Assembly: GCA_043228905.1 (NCBI GenBank)
Contig: JBHGNT010000016.1
Span: 17,794,001-17,858,000 of the forward strand
From: Azolla caroliniana
Taxonomy: Eukaryota; Plantae; Polypodiophyta
Length of the DNA stretch: 64,000 nt
Direction: 5' to 3'
Below are positions 26,753 to 40,641 of this stretch, piece by piece. The position numbers and the translations under genes were made by a program. Each line of letters begins with the position of its first letter. The first letter of the stretch is position 1. Below the pieces are notes generated by a model that was given only the letters and a program-made list of their open reading frames with translations, made no database searches and was not told the DNA's origin.

Positions 26753-29700
26753 ACGTGTCGATCGTGAAGATAGCTCAAGTTCACGACATCCTCGATTTCG
26801 CCGATGGTGTCATTAAATGAGGCTTCTTCCATAATATGAGTAACAAACTCTTCTTCTTCTATTATGTTTTCTTTTTTCAGTATCTTCTCGAAGTCTTGTA
26901 TCCGACGCTTGTCCTTTTTGTTGGGTAGTACTAGTTTACATGCGCCACTAGGTGAGACACATGTTGCTTCTCCTCACAATCCACGTGTTCTACTTTCTTG
27001 TGGGGACTTGTGATCGCTCGGACTATTTGTGCCCCATGCTTCAATAGTCCGCTCTAAAAGTCCGAAGCATCTTCTCTAAGACAATCCTGATTCCTTTCAT
27101 GGTTGGCACATACAGTCAAGAATTGTACGGCCTTCTTCCCATCAAGACTCCTAATTCGAGCAAATGCCGCACCATTGTCGAACACTTTGGTTTCCATCCA
27201 TGATGATGTTATGTACGGTTGCCCAAGAATGATGGGATGGGACACCGAGTCTTGAACAAAAAAATGTTGATCTATCTCGACATCACCAATCGTGATGGGG
27301 ATGTTAGGACATGCGCCATACAAGTCTTCGGTAGCTTTCGTAGCAGCACGGATCTTCCACCCATGATTCATATTTATGGGCCATCTTCCCTTCCTGTAGA
27401 CCTCAGTCGACATAAGGTTGATTTCAGACCCATGGTCTATTAACGCTACGACTGTCTCTTTTCTTTCCCCCAATTTCACTAGCGTCTCCATCGTTGCTCG
27501 CGCCCAATGAGGCCGAGTATAGTGGCTGTCCACCATATCTTCCTCGACTTTGTCTCTTGCCATCGTTATGGCATTCGCTTTTGCTTTTAGTGGCTTCTCT
27601 TCTTCTTCGTCCGGCTGTTGCCTTTTTCTCTTTATGAGGTCCACAATCGTATCATGGAACTCCTTCTTTGTAATGCTGAACAATTCCCTCAATGACAAAG
27701 TCACGTGGCTGTCAAGAACACGTTCCTCGAGAATCTTCTTCAGGTTTGTCTCTGCTCTATGTCCGACCTTAGCTTATAGGTAGGCATAGTTCTTGTCATT
27801 TGAGTGGGGTCTTCGACACCAACCTTCATGGGTTGAACCGTTTCTTCGACTCGTTTGCTCGACTCCCCTTTCCGGCTCGAGTCTCTTTCCTCCATTTGTA
27901 ACGCTCGACTCGTTTCTACATCTTCTTTCTTTTTTGCGTTCCTTGTTTCATGTCTTTTTGATGGGCCTTGCTCTTCTATTCTTTTTCTTTTTTCCTCGAC
28001 GAACACCTCGTGGTTGTCGCACATCACTTCCGCGAGTATGGTGTTGTCATCCACCGGATCCGACCATCCGGTTATACTTTGTACACTTCGATCCGCAAGC
28101 TCTACCTCGTTCGAAGTGACTTTTCCCTTCTTCTCATACTCGAGAACGGTAGACCAAAACTTTGTTCCCATTCTAGTAGCTTCATTTTTATCTTTTCCGA
28201 CTCTAATTCCAGCCGATGCAACATAGTGCATCGCATCCACATGAGTCGCCTCAACATCTTCCATAGATTTCTACATTCCCCCTGTTCTGAAATTCACCCG
28301 TAGGGGACTTTGAGTTTCAATCGAGCATATCATGTTGTCATCCATGTATACGATATTTTGTCGGATGGCCTCTCGAAGGCTCGCGTAATCCCTTCTCATG
28401 TGGTCCATGCTATTGCACCACACGCATCTAAAGGGTTCTTTTCCTTTCGGCCCTCAACAATTCATGTTGGCTAGCGTGACCATCTCGAACTTCTTCGCGA
28501 GCTCTTCGATGATGCCGTCATCAATCTTCTTTTCTTCCAGGCTGCTTTGTTTGGGTGGCTCAGCTACTTTCGGTTGTCTTGTTTTCTCCGCGACAATCAA
28601 TCCCGCTAAGTCGGTGTCATCAATCCACTCACGACGCTTGTCGAGCCTATTGGATGCTCGCTTCACTGCAACCTAGTCCGCCACAAGCCCGTTCGCTTGG
28701 GTATCATCTTCGAGGAGAGTACCCAGTTCTCATCTATCCTTCATATCCACAACCTTTAGGAAGTACAAAGTTTTGTCCTCCTCAAGTAGCACTTGGTCTG
28801 TGGCAAGGAGACGCCTATACATCTGGTCGAATTCGTCGTACACCCTGAGGCGCTCATCTTCTTATTTTTCTTCTCTATCCACTTCATCAAGATATGTCAA
28901 GTCATCCTCGACAAATCTTCTGTCGTGAACTCCGCTAATATCGCTTTCTCGAATTCTGACCACGTTGTCTTCCCTTCTTGAAGCTCGATGATGCGCCTTT
29001 GAATGTTGTTGGCGACCACTCTCTTGAAACTTGTGATTTGACGCGCTTTAGACATGTCCCTTTGACTCATCTCCCTTTTGTATGCATCAAGGAACTTCGT
29101 AATGTTCCTTCCGTCAAATTCACCCTCAAGCTCAACGACATAGTCGACAAACTTCTCCACGCTCGCATCGTTGTCTCGAGATCTCATCATTTGTTCGACG
29201 ATCAACATCATCCTTTCGAACTCTCTCGCTTGATTGCTTGAGGATGCCATCTCCAAGTATCGGTTGATCCTCGATTTGATCCTTCCTGCCACCTCTTTCA
29301 CGTCGGGTTCACCACTTAATTATGTTGTGAAGGTCCGTCACTATGTGTAGATCGTGAGGCGGAACCGCCGGGGTTCTGGATCGGAAGGACTCGAAGTACG
29401 CACTAGCTTTAGCGAGAAAGGATTTAAGATAGATTGAGAGAGAGAGATTGAGATTAAGATTGAAAATTTGAAACAGATTCAGAACGATTGAAATAGAAAG
29501 AGAGATTAAGATTGAACTGTTGACTTTAGATTTAAAGAACAAGATATCATCAAAAGGATAACTACTTTTCTTCTTAATATTAATTTTCATATAAAGTACA
29601 AAGCTTGCTTGATAAAATCTACCCCCGTTTTTCTTCTTCATCCACTCTTTTATAGACGCTCCCATGCATATGATGCATGTTTGCCATTTGGTTATCATGC

Positions 29701-32154
29701 ATTACATGTGATGCATAATAACCATGTCACTCAATCAAGCTCTAATATGAGAATTTACATGTAAAAGAATAATGATAGAAAAAATATTTTTAAGGAAATG
29801 ACTAAGCCTAGTGGTAAGTCTATTGCTTCATATCTTGGAGGTGCAAGGTTCAAGCCTTGCTCGCATCCCTTTGATTACAAATTTTTAATAGGTTTTTTAG
29901 TCTAGATGATTTTGTTCGTTTCACACCGAAATCATTGCGATCAACCTATCCAATCGATCCGTCTATCCGGTCCACTTCCAACCTGGTGATTCGGTCTATC
30001 CGTTCTGGTTCCGGTTCCATCGCCGTTCGTCTGTTCCGATTCCGGTTTCGGTTTCGTCGCCGTTCGGTTTCGCCAAAATCCATTACAAGTAGTTAAGCCA
30101 CAGTTTAGCCCAAGAACATTCTGTGCTCCACTCATAGACAAAAAGTAATAAGTTCTGGCTCTGCTTATATATTGTGGGATCCTGATTTGTCCTATCTATG
30201 TGGGATATCTCATAGTTTTGTTTTTCTCTTCTTCTTCTCAAACTTCACATTCGTATAACTTGACATTTATTTGTCCGTTTCAAATGTAGTAAAGTACATT
30301 CGGAAGCTCTTGGAGATCTCCATCTTCCCGTACCAAGATATTTAGCTAATCTAAATAGTATCTTCACTATCATTGTTTCATGACTTGTGTGAAGAACCAC
30401 ACTCGATTTTGGACATTCCTTGCAATTTTCACACCATTGCCGAAAATCTTCACGACAACGTATACCTCCTCCTTGTGATGCCCATTCAGAAAGGCCGATT
30501 TGACATCCATTTGATAAATCGGCCATCCTCTTGAAGCAGCCAACGCTATGACCATTCGAATTGTTGTCATTCGGCCTGTCGGGGCAAATGTTTCTTGTAC
30601 ATCGAACCCTTCAATTTGGGAGTATCCTTGTGCTACTAGCCTGGCCTTAAATTTCTCCAAAGAACCATCAACTTTATACTTTACTTTCCACACCCACTTG
30701 GTGCCTATCACCTTCCTCTTTGTTGGCCTCTTTACGAACTCCCATGTGTCATTTTTCATGATGCTATCATATTCTGATATCATCGTCTCTTTCCACTTCG
30801 GGTCGGCCATGGCTTTCTCCACCGAGGTCGGCTCACTCACTCAACGTGTGATGTCCACCATCAGATCCATGTTGACAATGTGGTCAGAGGTTCTCCCTTG
30901 CTCCTATATTCTTCTTGATCTTCGTAATCCATTAGTTGAAGTTTTAGGAAACTCAACTTGAGGAGTACATTCATTGAAGAGTTGTTGAGCCCACTTAGGT
31001 ATTTTCCTTACATGTGACACTAGCATAGGCTGAACTAGCGAGCCATTACCATCAAATGGTTCAACTTCCTTTTCTGGACAGTGGGTCGGTATTGGGTGGA
31101 AGACTTATGCGGTTGATGAGATAGCTTGAGAGTTGTTGGTCTCAGCTAGTTGTGGTTGTTTCTCATTGAACACCACATTGCAGGTTGTCAATATCTTTCT
31201 TGGCTCTGGATCGTAGAGTCGATAGGCCTTTGACTCTTCACTATATCTGAGACAGATACACTTCTTGCTTTTAGCATCCAACTTCTTTCTGCTCACATCT
31301 GGAACATGTGCACAACACGTACACCCAAAGGTTCTGAAGTGCAACACTGAAGGTTTCTTGCCTGAATAAGTTTCTTGGGGTGTTTTCCCTTGAAGTGCCT
31401 TCGTGTAGCTCCGATTAAGGATGTAAATTGCTGTATTCACTACTTCAACCCAGAATGGGATGGGTAGTGCTTGTGCCTTCAACATACACCTAGCCATCTC
31501 GACAATTGTCTGGTTTTGACGTTCGACAACGCCATTTTGTTGTGGGGTGTAGGAAGTTGTAACTTGGTGCTTAATTCCATGCTCTTTACAATACTCACAG
31601 AATTCTCCATCTTGATCAGAACGTTGTTGTGCCTTTCGGCTCCGGATCGTTGCGTGAGTCGAGTGGGAACCGCCGAGGTTTTGGACTAGGAGGAAGAGGA
31701 ATACAACTTAAGGCTAGTTATGAATAGTAGAAAGAGAAGTAAGATAGCAATCTCGTGAATCCCACGAGTTTAGTGTATTTAAAACAATATTTAGATTATA
31801 AGGGTAATTTAGATGGCAAAATTCGTGAATCCCACGAATATATTAGATTGATCAAATCCTTGTATATTAATCAACAACCTTATACATATTTCTCTCCTCC
31901 TTATATAAAGATGGAAGAGGCTAAGCATGGCTTCATGCTTTTTCACCAAAAGTGTCCATGCACACTAAATGTGCATGTGATGCTTTTTCATTTCCTAAGT
32001 ATAGGGCTCATGCACGCTAGATGTGCATGAGTCACTTTTAATGTCACGTGTAAATAAAATATTCACACCCTAAAGAATACATGATTTTTACCTTTTAATA
32101 AAGGTATGTGTAAATAAAGGTCTTATACTTATTAAATCTATATGTATAACATTA

Positions 32155-32230
32155 AAGATAAGTTATTACAATGGTAAAGTTGAGGTTTATCTACGTGGAG
32201 GTGTAGGGTTTGAATCCTGCCCTTTGCACG
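32155..32230 (+). promoter_or_regulatory. tRNA-like cassette in element A LTR (second copy ~38411-38486)
   Basis: ACAATGGTAAAG...GGAGGT-GTAGG-GTTTGAAT-CCTGC. Confidence 0.55.
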
Positions 32231-32328
32231 TGATAAATATTTTGATATATTATTTATTTAATTATATGTAATTAAATCGGTTATATAATTTTTACTTTTT
32301 CACGTTGTGTACAAAATACACTGCGACA

Positions 32329-35300
32329 CTCGCCCCCTCCGAACCCGCACATCCTCCGGTATGTGCCGAAGTTCTCGATTCCTCATATCTGTCTTCACCC
32401 AAGCTTCCTCCGATTCTCCCCTTATGTCGACTATGAGTTGTAATTCACTTTCTTCGCTTCCCGCATCACCGTGGTCTTCGTCCGACTGCTCCTCGTTGTC
32501 GGCCTTGGCTTGGATCACATAGGGTTTGTCGTCGGTCCGCTTCTTGAAAATCTTCACCTGCTTCCCGGCTATGGGCACTCGTAGTATTGTTCCATCCAAC
32601 TCGGACAGTCGGTACGTTCCGTTGTCGAAGACTTTCCGAACCTCGTATGGCCTGAACCATCTTTTCACGAATTTCCGCATTGTTGTATGTTGATGGTCCA
32701 AGCTACTGTCATAGACGATCACCCAATCTCCTCCTTCAATCCTCCTCAGTCGTAGTCAGTGCTTTGTGTTGAACCGGCTTTTGTTCCGGAATCGTGCTTC
32801 TTGTTGTCGGCGTATTGCTTCCGCTATGTCTGCCGGTCTTCCCTCTAATTGTCGTATCCGGACCGCTAGTAGTTCTTCCCGGCTCATCTCTTCCTTCCAC
32901 AGGAGCACCATCCATGTTGCGATTGCGGTTTCCGTCAGCATTACCGGTGCTTGTCTGGTCATGAGTTCTGCCGGCATGTAACCGGTTACGGAGCTATGCG
33001 TCGTCCGATCCACCCATAGTGCATACGGAAGCATCTGCGGCCAGTCCTTCACCTTTCCATCGCATGCCTTCGCAAGTGCTTTCACGATCGGACTATGTCC
33101 TCGTTCGATTTTCCCGTTGGCCTCCAGATTGTATGCCGTTGTCAGCGTTAACCAAACTCCGTGTTTGGCGAAGAATCCCCTAGCTTTGTCCGAGTCGAGT
33201 TCTCCCCGGTCCGCAATCACTTGTCCTACGCACCCGTACCTGCAAAATACTTCCTCCAAAAGAAATTGGCATACCGCGGAACACGTTTTCCTCTGAAGCG
33301 CTCAACCTTCTACTTGATTCGTGAGATCTTCCCGAGCTAATACCAAGTATTTCTTCCACCAATATTTTTGTACTCCGCGACATCTTTGTACATTTTCTTC
33401 CACCAATATTTTTGCTTGATCTTCAGAAATGTTGCCCATGTTCCTCGGTGTCCAGCCCAATCGGATTCGTGAAACTCGGACATTATCCGGTTTCGTTGCT
33501 CTTTTGTCCCGACTACTCGAAGTGGTATACCATCCGGTCTTTTCGGCGCCCTCCATATTAATCCGTTTTCCAAGAAGAACTTTTGGACTTGCCTCTTCTT
33601 CCTTCGGATCTCGGCTCTTCTTCCTTTATCGTTTGTTGAATCCTCGGCCTCTTGTAACATCTTTCCGATCATCAAGCTTTCTCCCTCGTATTCTTCTTCC
33701 CGGAATTCTCGGATTACGTTCACTCGGCATATGTGCTCCGACGCGAAGTAGTCTTCGGAAACTTCTTCATTATCCGATTCGGTTATGTTGTCTCCGAACC
33801 AAGCCCTTGATAACATATCCACTACCGCGTTGTCCTTCCCCGAGATGTGTCGAACCTCCGGATTAAGCGACTTGACATATGCAACCCACCTTAGCATAGC
33901 TACATCCGGTATTGTACAACACCGCATCATCCCGAGTATCGGAAGACAATCCGTCTCGATCACCACTTCGGCTCCAATCAAATAATCCCGATCCGATTTT
34001 ATCACCGACACGACTCCTCACAGTTCTCTTTTGACTTGTGCATATCTACGTTGCCTTTCGTTGAGAACCTTTGCTCCGAATCGGATCGGATACCGCAAAC
34101 CATCCGAGTCGGCTTGATTGATGACCCACCCGATACCGGTTGGACTTGTATCAACCGTTACTATGATCTGTCGGTCATAGCTCGGCTTCTTCAGTGCTTC
34201 CGCCCTCCAAAGTGTCTTCTTCAATTTCTTCATGGCTTTGGTGTGTTCCGGTTTCCATTCGAATTTCTTACCTTTCCGCAACAAGTGGTAGAGCGGGTTC
34301 GCTATATGTGCATAGTGCAGAATCCATATGTGATAGAATGCACATGCACCGAGAAACCTTCGGACTTCGGATGTTGACTCGCATATTTCCTCCATAGCTT
34401 GAATCACATCGATCTTTGTTGGTGACGGTCTTCGGCCGTAGGGCCCACATAGATGTCCGACCACCAATATTTCTTCTTGCCCGAATGCCGATTTCTCCCC
34501 CGAAAGTGTTAGGTGCACATCTTCTAGCTTTCGCAACACTTTCTCGCAATCATGAATATGGTCGACCACGAACTTTCGGCATCCCCGATCATCCATAGTC
34601 TCATCTTTTTCTTCTACCGCGCATCCTTTCATCGGAATGTCATCGAGGAACGGCATCGTTATCTCCGGAATGCAGTCTCGAAGCACCTTGTTCATCGCGT
34701 TCATCATATGAGCAACCGAATTTGTCGCTCCTTGTGGTAGTGTGCACATTCGGACTAATCCTATCGGTGTTCGCATGGTTGTGATGTCTCAGCTCTCCAC
34801 GGCTAGTTGGAATTGGTCATACCCCGAGTATAGGTCTCCGATGGAGTATATCGCACGACTAGCAAAAGCTTTCGCAAATTCGTCCACTATCGGACCGACT
34901 CCCGAGTTCCGGATCGTGACCTTATTCACCGGTTGCAAGTCTTGGATAAATCGGAGTGACCCATTCTTCTTCGGAACCGTAAACCATCGATTTGAGTACG
35001 GAGCAGTTGATGGCTCTAGAATCCCCATCGCCACCTTCTCCTTGAGCAAGTCAATGACTTTCGGAATATGCGCTCATGGCACCGGAATCGGCTTCAAGTT
35101 CCACGGTACATGGTCAATCGTGAAGATCACCATCGGCTCCACTATTCTCGGATCGACGCACCCTATCTCCCTTGATGTAAATGCAAACGCTTTGCCGTGG
35201 TGCTCCAACATCTCGCGAAACCGTTCTTCTTCTTTTTGTAATAGGAACCCACCTCCACTGATCCGAAGTTTCTTCCGGGTCTCATCCGTGAAGGCATGTC

Positions 35301-35800
35301 CGATATCCACGGACTTCCGAAGTGTCGGATCTCTCGAGACTTCTTTCCTCTTTTGTTCGCTATCGGCGGATAGTGGTCCCGCGGCCGGTTTCACCTTCTT
35401 CTCCATGGTCTTGTATTTCGTACTTACCATTGCTTCTTCTTTGCGGAGCGTATCCGGCTCCATTTTCGCAATGATCTCATACATCTCGACCAATTCCACC
35501 GGAACTACCCGGTTCCCTTGGTTTTTATCTTCCGCAAGCTCTTCAAGTCGTTGTAGTGTGCTCCCATAGAACACTTCTTCGACTATCCCCACGATTTCTT
35601 CATCTTCTTTTATTATTGATGCCGACCGCAACTTATCCTCCACTTGTCGGTATCCTTTCTCAATCCTCCGGTTACGGTCGTGTACGTAGATGCCCCATCC
35701 GGACTGATTCGTACATGTTTTGCTCCGAGAGTTTTCTTCTTGTGTGGGGTATCAGGGCTTCTCGGACTATCACTTCCCCACTCCGCAACAGTCCGCTTTA
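32329..35800 (-). pseudogene. Disrupted pol (RT-RNase H-integrase) of element A
   Basis: LRFIQDLQPVN, LPQGATNS, PFLDD, VDTSP, IETDCLP, GHRG, ANGKIER; stops, frameshifts and a deletion in integrase; no chromodomain. Confidence 0.9.
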
Positions 35801-37840
35801 AAAATCCATTCTCACTTGGGACAAGAGTTCCCTCTTGTTCCTTTCGTGATTTGCCGGCACCGTTAGGAATTGGACGGATTTCCCACCGTTTTGGCTCCGA
35901 ATTCGCGCAAAAGCCGCACCGCTATCGAGCACCTTCGTCTCCATCCGTGATGCCGTGATAAAGGGTTGGAAGAGGATGACGGAGTGTGAAACCTTATCTT
36001 GCACGAAGAAATTTTGGTCGATCTCGACATCCCCGATCTTCACCGTCACATCCGGACAAGCCGCAAATAGATCTTCTGTTGCTTTGGTGGCCGCCCGAAT
36101 CTTCCATCCATGGTTGGTGTTAATAGGCCACTTCCCCTTCCGGTAGAACTCCTTGGACATCAAGTTGATCTCTGATCCATGATCAATCAATGCTAGCACG
36201 GGTTCTTTGATGTTGCCGATTCGGACCGGAGTCTTCGTAGTCGCTCGTGCCCAATGTGGCCTTGTATAGTGGGAGTTCGGAATTTCGTCCTCCACTTTGG
36301 TGTCGTTCATTAAAACGGTGTTCGCATTCACCCTTGGAGCATTTTCCTCCGTACTTTGTCTTTTTCGCTTCACGAGATCCACGAGAAGATCGTGGAACTC
36401 CTTCTTTGCTATTCCGAGTAGCTCCCGAAACGAGAAATCTACCTGGCTATCCAAGATCCTTTCCTCGAACACTCTTTTCAAGTCGGTTTGTTGTTCTATG
36501 TCCGAGGCGAGCTTGAATGCCGGAGTCGCCTTTTCTTTTCCCTTACCTCCGGAGTTCCAGCTTTCCGGTATCTTCGATGGCCCGCCCGCATCCTCCGTGC
36601 GTCGTCGTTTCTCGTCCACATACACCTTATGCAATTGACAGAGGGCGTATACGCTATTCTTGTCGACAGGGCACTCCCATCCCATAGCTTCTCGGACGCC
36701 TTCCGCGGTGCTTCGGATCTCGTTGGAGTCGGCTTTCTCGGTGTTTTCTAGAACTTCCGGCCAAAAAGATGTCTTTGCTCTCGATGACTCCCCGACACAT
36801 ATTCCCGCGCTTGTCACATAGTTGCTTCTTGCCGCCAATTCTTCCTCAAGCACCTTCTTCATGCCGCCTTTCCGGAAGTTCAGTCGGAGTGGCTTTTGAG
36901 AGTCCATCGAATGAATCCGGTTTCCCTCGTAGTAGATGAGATCCCGTCGTAGCGCCTCCTTATGCTCGTCGCAATCCCTCCGATCGTGTTCGGCGCTATC
37001 GCACCATATGCACCGTCGGTCCGTATACTTGGAGCTTGTGGGGCGATCATCCGACTTCTTCACCATCGCGATCTTCAGATTCTCCATCTCCTTCAATAGT
37101 TGCTCCACCGTAGATGCATCAATCCCCTTCTCGGTTGTAGTCTCCCGAGCCCTCGGTTGATGGTCTTCCAATCTGGTTCTCGGTTTCGGAATCGGTTCCG
37201 AAACCCTCTTTTCCTTGTTGGCAAGCCATTGCCCCCTCTTCGTGTATCGCGCGACGATATCCCGCACGCTTTCCCATGTTTCGGTGAGGCCACTCTCCGT
37301 GGTCGTGTCCTCCAAGAGCACTCCGAGATCTTTCCGGTCCCGGACGTCCACGGCTCGCAAGAACATGATCACCTTGTCCGGTACGAGGATAACTTGATCT
37401 CTCGCGGACAACCTCCTGAACCGGCTTTCAAATGCCGAAAACACATCAACGACCTTCAATCCCTTGTCCGGCGTCTCCACCCAATCTTTGAATCCCCTTC
37501 GCGTCGCCTTGGAGGAATCCTCGATGGCGAACATCCTCTTTAGCTCTTCTTCAAACGCCTCCCATGTCGGATTTTGCTGTCGTAGCCCATGGATGCTTGC
37601 TTGAAGCCCGTCGGTCGCCACCCGGTTGAAGGACGTCACTTGCTGTCCTTCCGATATTCCGCACTGTAGCATCTCCGCCTTGTAGTCCCGAAGATACCGC
37701 GACACGTCTTTCCCGTTGAATTGCCCGTTTCGTTGCACGAGCCGCTCCACTGATGCCGCTATCTCCGACATCGCGCGTTGTTCTTGTAGCATGCGCTCGA
37801 ACATCATCATCATGTTGCTAGCCTCTGGTTGATTTTCCAT
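35798..37840 (-). CDS. Gag-protease polyprotein of element A (680 aa)
   Basis: Open ORF with zinc knuckle CIWCDSAEHDRRDC and aspartic protease LIDHGSEINLM. Confidence 0.88.
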   Translation of the reverse strand: MENQPEASNMMMMFERMLQEQRAMSEIAASVERLVQRNGQFNGKDVSRYLRDYKAEMLQCGISEGQQVTSFNRVATDGLQASIHGLRQQNPTWEAFEEELKRMFAIEDSSKATRRGFKDWVETPDKGLKVVDVFSAFESRFRRLSARDQVILVPDKVIMFLRAVDVRDRKDLGVLLEDTTTESGLTETWESVRDIVARYTKRGQWLANKEKRVSEPIPKPRTRLEDHQPRARETTTEKGIDASTVEQLLKEMENLKIAMVKKSDDRPTSSKYTDRRCIWCDSAEHDRRDCDEHKEALRRDLIYYEGNRIHSMDSQKPLRLNFRKGGMKKVLEEELAARSNYVTSAGICVGESSRAKTSFWPEVLENTEKADSNEIRSTAEGVREAMGWECPVDKNSVYALCQLHKVYVDEKRRRTEDAGGPSKIPESWNSGGKGKEKATPAFKLASDIEQQTDLKRVFEERILDSQVDFSFRELLGIAKKEFHDLLVDLVKRKRQSTEENAPRVNANTVLMNDTKVEDEIPNSHYTRPHWARATTKTPVRIGNIKEPVLALIDHGSEINLMSKEFYRKGKWPINTNHGWKIRAATKATEDLFAACPDVTVKIGDVEIDQNFFVQDKVSHSVILFQPFITASRMETKVLDSGAAFARIRSQNGGKSVQFLTVPANHERNKRELLSQVRMDF

Positions 37841-40641
37841 CTCCTTGCCACCTGGGACTTCACGTCGGGTTCACCAACTGTGTCGTGCCTTTCGGCTCCG
37901 GATCGTTGCGTGAGTCGGGTGGGAACCGCCGAGGTTTTGGACTAGGAGGAAGAGGAATACAACTTAAGGCTAGTTATGAATAGTAGAAAGAGAAGTAAGA
38001 TAGCAATCTCGTGAATCCCACGAGTTTAGTGTATTTAAAACAATATTTAGATTATAAGAGTGATTTAGATGGCAAAATTCGTGAATCCCATGAATATATT
38101 AGATTGATCAAATCCTTGTATATTAATCAACAACCTTATACATATTTCTCTCCTCCTTATATAAAGATGGAAGAGGCTAAGCATGGCTTCATGCTTTTTC
38201 ACCAAAAGTGTCCATGCACACTAAATGTGCATGTGATGCTTTTTCATTTCCTAAGTATAGGGTTCATGCACGCTAGATGTGCATGAGTCACTTTTAATGT
38301 CACGTGTAAATAAAATATTCACACCCTAAAGAATACATGATTTTTACCTTTTAATAAAGGTATGTGTAAATAAAGGTCTTATACGTATTAAATCTATATG
38401 TATAACACTAAAGATAAGTTATTACAATGGTAAAGTTGAGGTTTATCTACGTGGAGGTGTAGGGTTTGAATCCTGCCCTTTGCACGTGATAAATATTTTG
38501 ATATATTATTTATTTAATTATATGTAATTAAATCGGTTATATAATTTTTACTTTTTCACGTAGTGTACGAAATACACTACGACAACGTAAATCCTTCACT
38601 AACTTTCCGGACTCCCACTCGACAAACTTATGCCATCTTTTGAAGATTTTAAAAGCTTCAGCCTTTAGCCGAAGGAAGTAAACCCACATCTTTCTACTGA
38701 AGTTGTCGACTACTAGCATATAGTAGAGAGATCCACCCATTGCAAGAGTCACCATATTTTCAGAAAGGTCGATGTGTATTTGCTGTAGAGGAGTCTTTGT
38801 CCGATTTTGACTCTCTTTTGGAATGGCTGATCTTTGATGCTTGCCCATCATAGAAACATCACAACCATGACTTAAGTCAGATAGGGTTGGCAACCCAACT
38901 ACCATATTCAACTTCTTCATCTCCTTCAACACAACAACATTGAGATGCCCAAATCTCTCATGCCATTGCTTTGTGTTAGTACTTGTGTTGTGGTCAGTAG
39001 AAATTATAAACGCGCCCAGATCATAGAGATCGTTGCGCTTTACCCCTTTTCCTACAACCTTGCTAGCAAAATTTGTTATTTCTGCACCCGACTTCTGGAA
39101 TTGAACATCAAGACCCTTGTAAGTCAAGATAGAAATGGACAATAGATTCTTATTGAGATCTGGCACATACAACACTTGAGAGAGATGCTTTGTCTCGCCA
39201 GTCATTGCTTTGAGGGAGACGGTTCCGGTTCCTTTGGCTGGACATCAAGCATTGTTCCCAACCACAACATTGGTGGGCTCTTGTAGAGGTGTCCAAGAGC
39301 TATACCAGTCATGATTATTGGTCATATGTCGGGATGATTCACTATCGAGAATCCAAGAGTCATCGACAACTTGAGTGTCAATTGAAGAACACACTTCTTC
39401 AATTGCGACCCATAACTCAAGCTCATCTACGACATTGTTGGCGGACTCAGGCTCTCTCCAAGAAGTCTACTAGAACCATTCTTCTCATCCGCCATCTTCT
39501 TCCAATAATCCTTGATTGTGTGACCCTTCTTGTCATAGTAGAAACACGATCCATTGAACTTCTTCTTCTTTGGTATCTTATTCGCATTGTTTGAATTGGA
39601 TGCCCCTTTACCCTTAGTCCTAGAGACAAATGCTGAATCTTCCCTTCCTTCTCTTGTCTTCAACCAGCATTGCACTTAGTTCATCAAATTTTAAAGGAGT
39701 GGGTTGAACCTGAGTGTTTAATGCTGTCACAATGCCATCATACTTGGAAGAAAGTACTCGAATGCACTGGAGAGCCATATATTTTCTTGAGAGACGACTA
39801 CTCCAACATCCGCCAGTTGATCTTGAAGATCCTTAATCCTTTTTACATCAAGTTGATTTTTGAGGTTTTGTATCCTTGTATAGTTTCTGGTTTCATACTG
39901 GTTGGCCAATATGCTCCAAGCTTCATGTGCCCTGGTTGTATGTTGCATTAATGTTAGTACAGAGTCACATACACCAGTGACTATGGTACACGACGCATCA
40001 ACATTCCTTCTATTCCAAGCTCGAAGTAGATCGAACTTCTATAGAGTGTAGTTGGTTCCATCTAGCTTTCGATTAGAGAATGGAGATGGGTGAATGCGCA
40101 ATGGAGCAGAGGCAAAATTCGTGGACAAGGCCATTGATACTCTCTCTCTGTGCTTCTAGACAACAACTACCTGTATATACCTAATCTAGATCAACCTCTC
40201 AGCTCTGATACCATGTTAGAAATATTGAGAATGGATTAGATAGGTATATTGAGTTACAACCACTGAGATGGATATATGAACACAAAACTTCTATTACGTA
40301 TGAGAGTAGCTCACAATGGTAGTTCATCCATGCGCTCACACCTTAGAGCTTAGAAGGGATCTGGACCAGTTCACTACAATATTAGTGGGGACTGATGATC
40401 AATCCAACCACTGTGTAAGAAAGTGGATTATATTCTATGTTTGGTTTGAGTATAACATTAATTGTGCAAGTCAGTTGATAGTAGTGGAGATATTCCTTTA
40501 CTGTCAACTGACTTGTCATTTAATCCAGACCTAGTTGGCTAAAAGCCAAGAACCCTATTGTCTGAGCTAACACGGTTCCACAAGAATCTCATTGTTACCC
40601 AAACTCCCTCACCTGTAACACAGTCTCCTAAGAGGATTTCA

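Larger units (their letters stand above)
21828..30457 (-). mobile_element. Trp-primed Gypsy element B (degenerate); 5' LTR 29323-30457, truncated 3' LTR 21828-22702
   Basis: LTR termini TGT(C/T)GTGAAG...CTTCACGACA; PBS TGGTGAACCCGACGTGAA ~29297-29314; PPT ~22703-22720; order gag, PR (LIDHGSEINLM), RT (GDLYSGYDQF), RH, IN (YNPEANGKIER, WFGPY). Confidence 0.92.
31625..38584 (-). mobile_element. Trp-primed Gypsy element A, full-length type; LTRs 31625-32328 and 37881-38584
   Basis: 704-bp LTR pair, ACGT TSD, PBS ~37859-37876, PPT GGTTCGGAGGGGGCGAG; gag-PR intact, pol disrupted. Confidence 0.95.
21352..40524 (-). mobile_element. Copia element 1 (degenerate host); LTRs 21352-21670 and 40214-~40524; internal pieces 21671-21827, 30458-31624, 38585-40201
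   Basis: LTR pair starting TGTTAGAAATATTGAG; PBS TGGTATCAGAGC (tRNA-iMet) 40202-40213; WHERFGHLN, integrase LRSDQDGEF, RT QMDVKSAFLNG, GYCDSDWAGD. Confidence 0.9.

Noticed and set aside
31755-38286. Duplicated 91-aa ORFs (31755, 38011) and 71-aa ORFs (58398, 61185)
   Set aside because: They lie inside LTR pairs, so duplication reflects LTR identity; no protein motifs.
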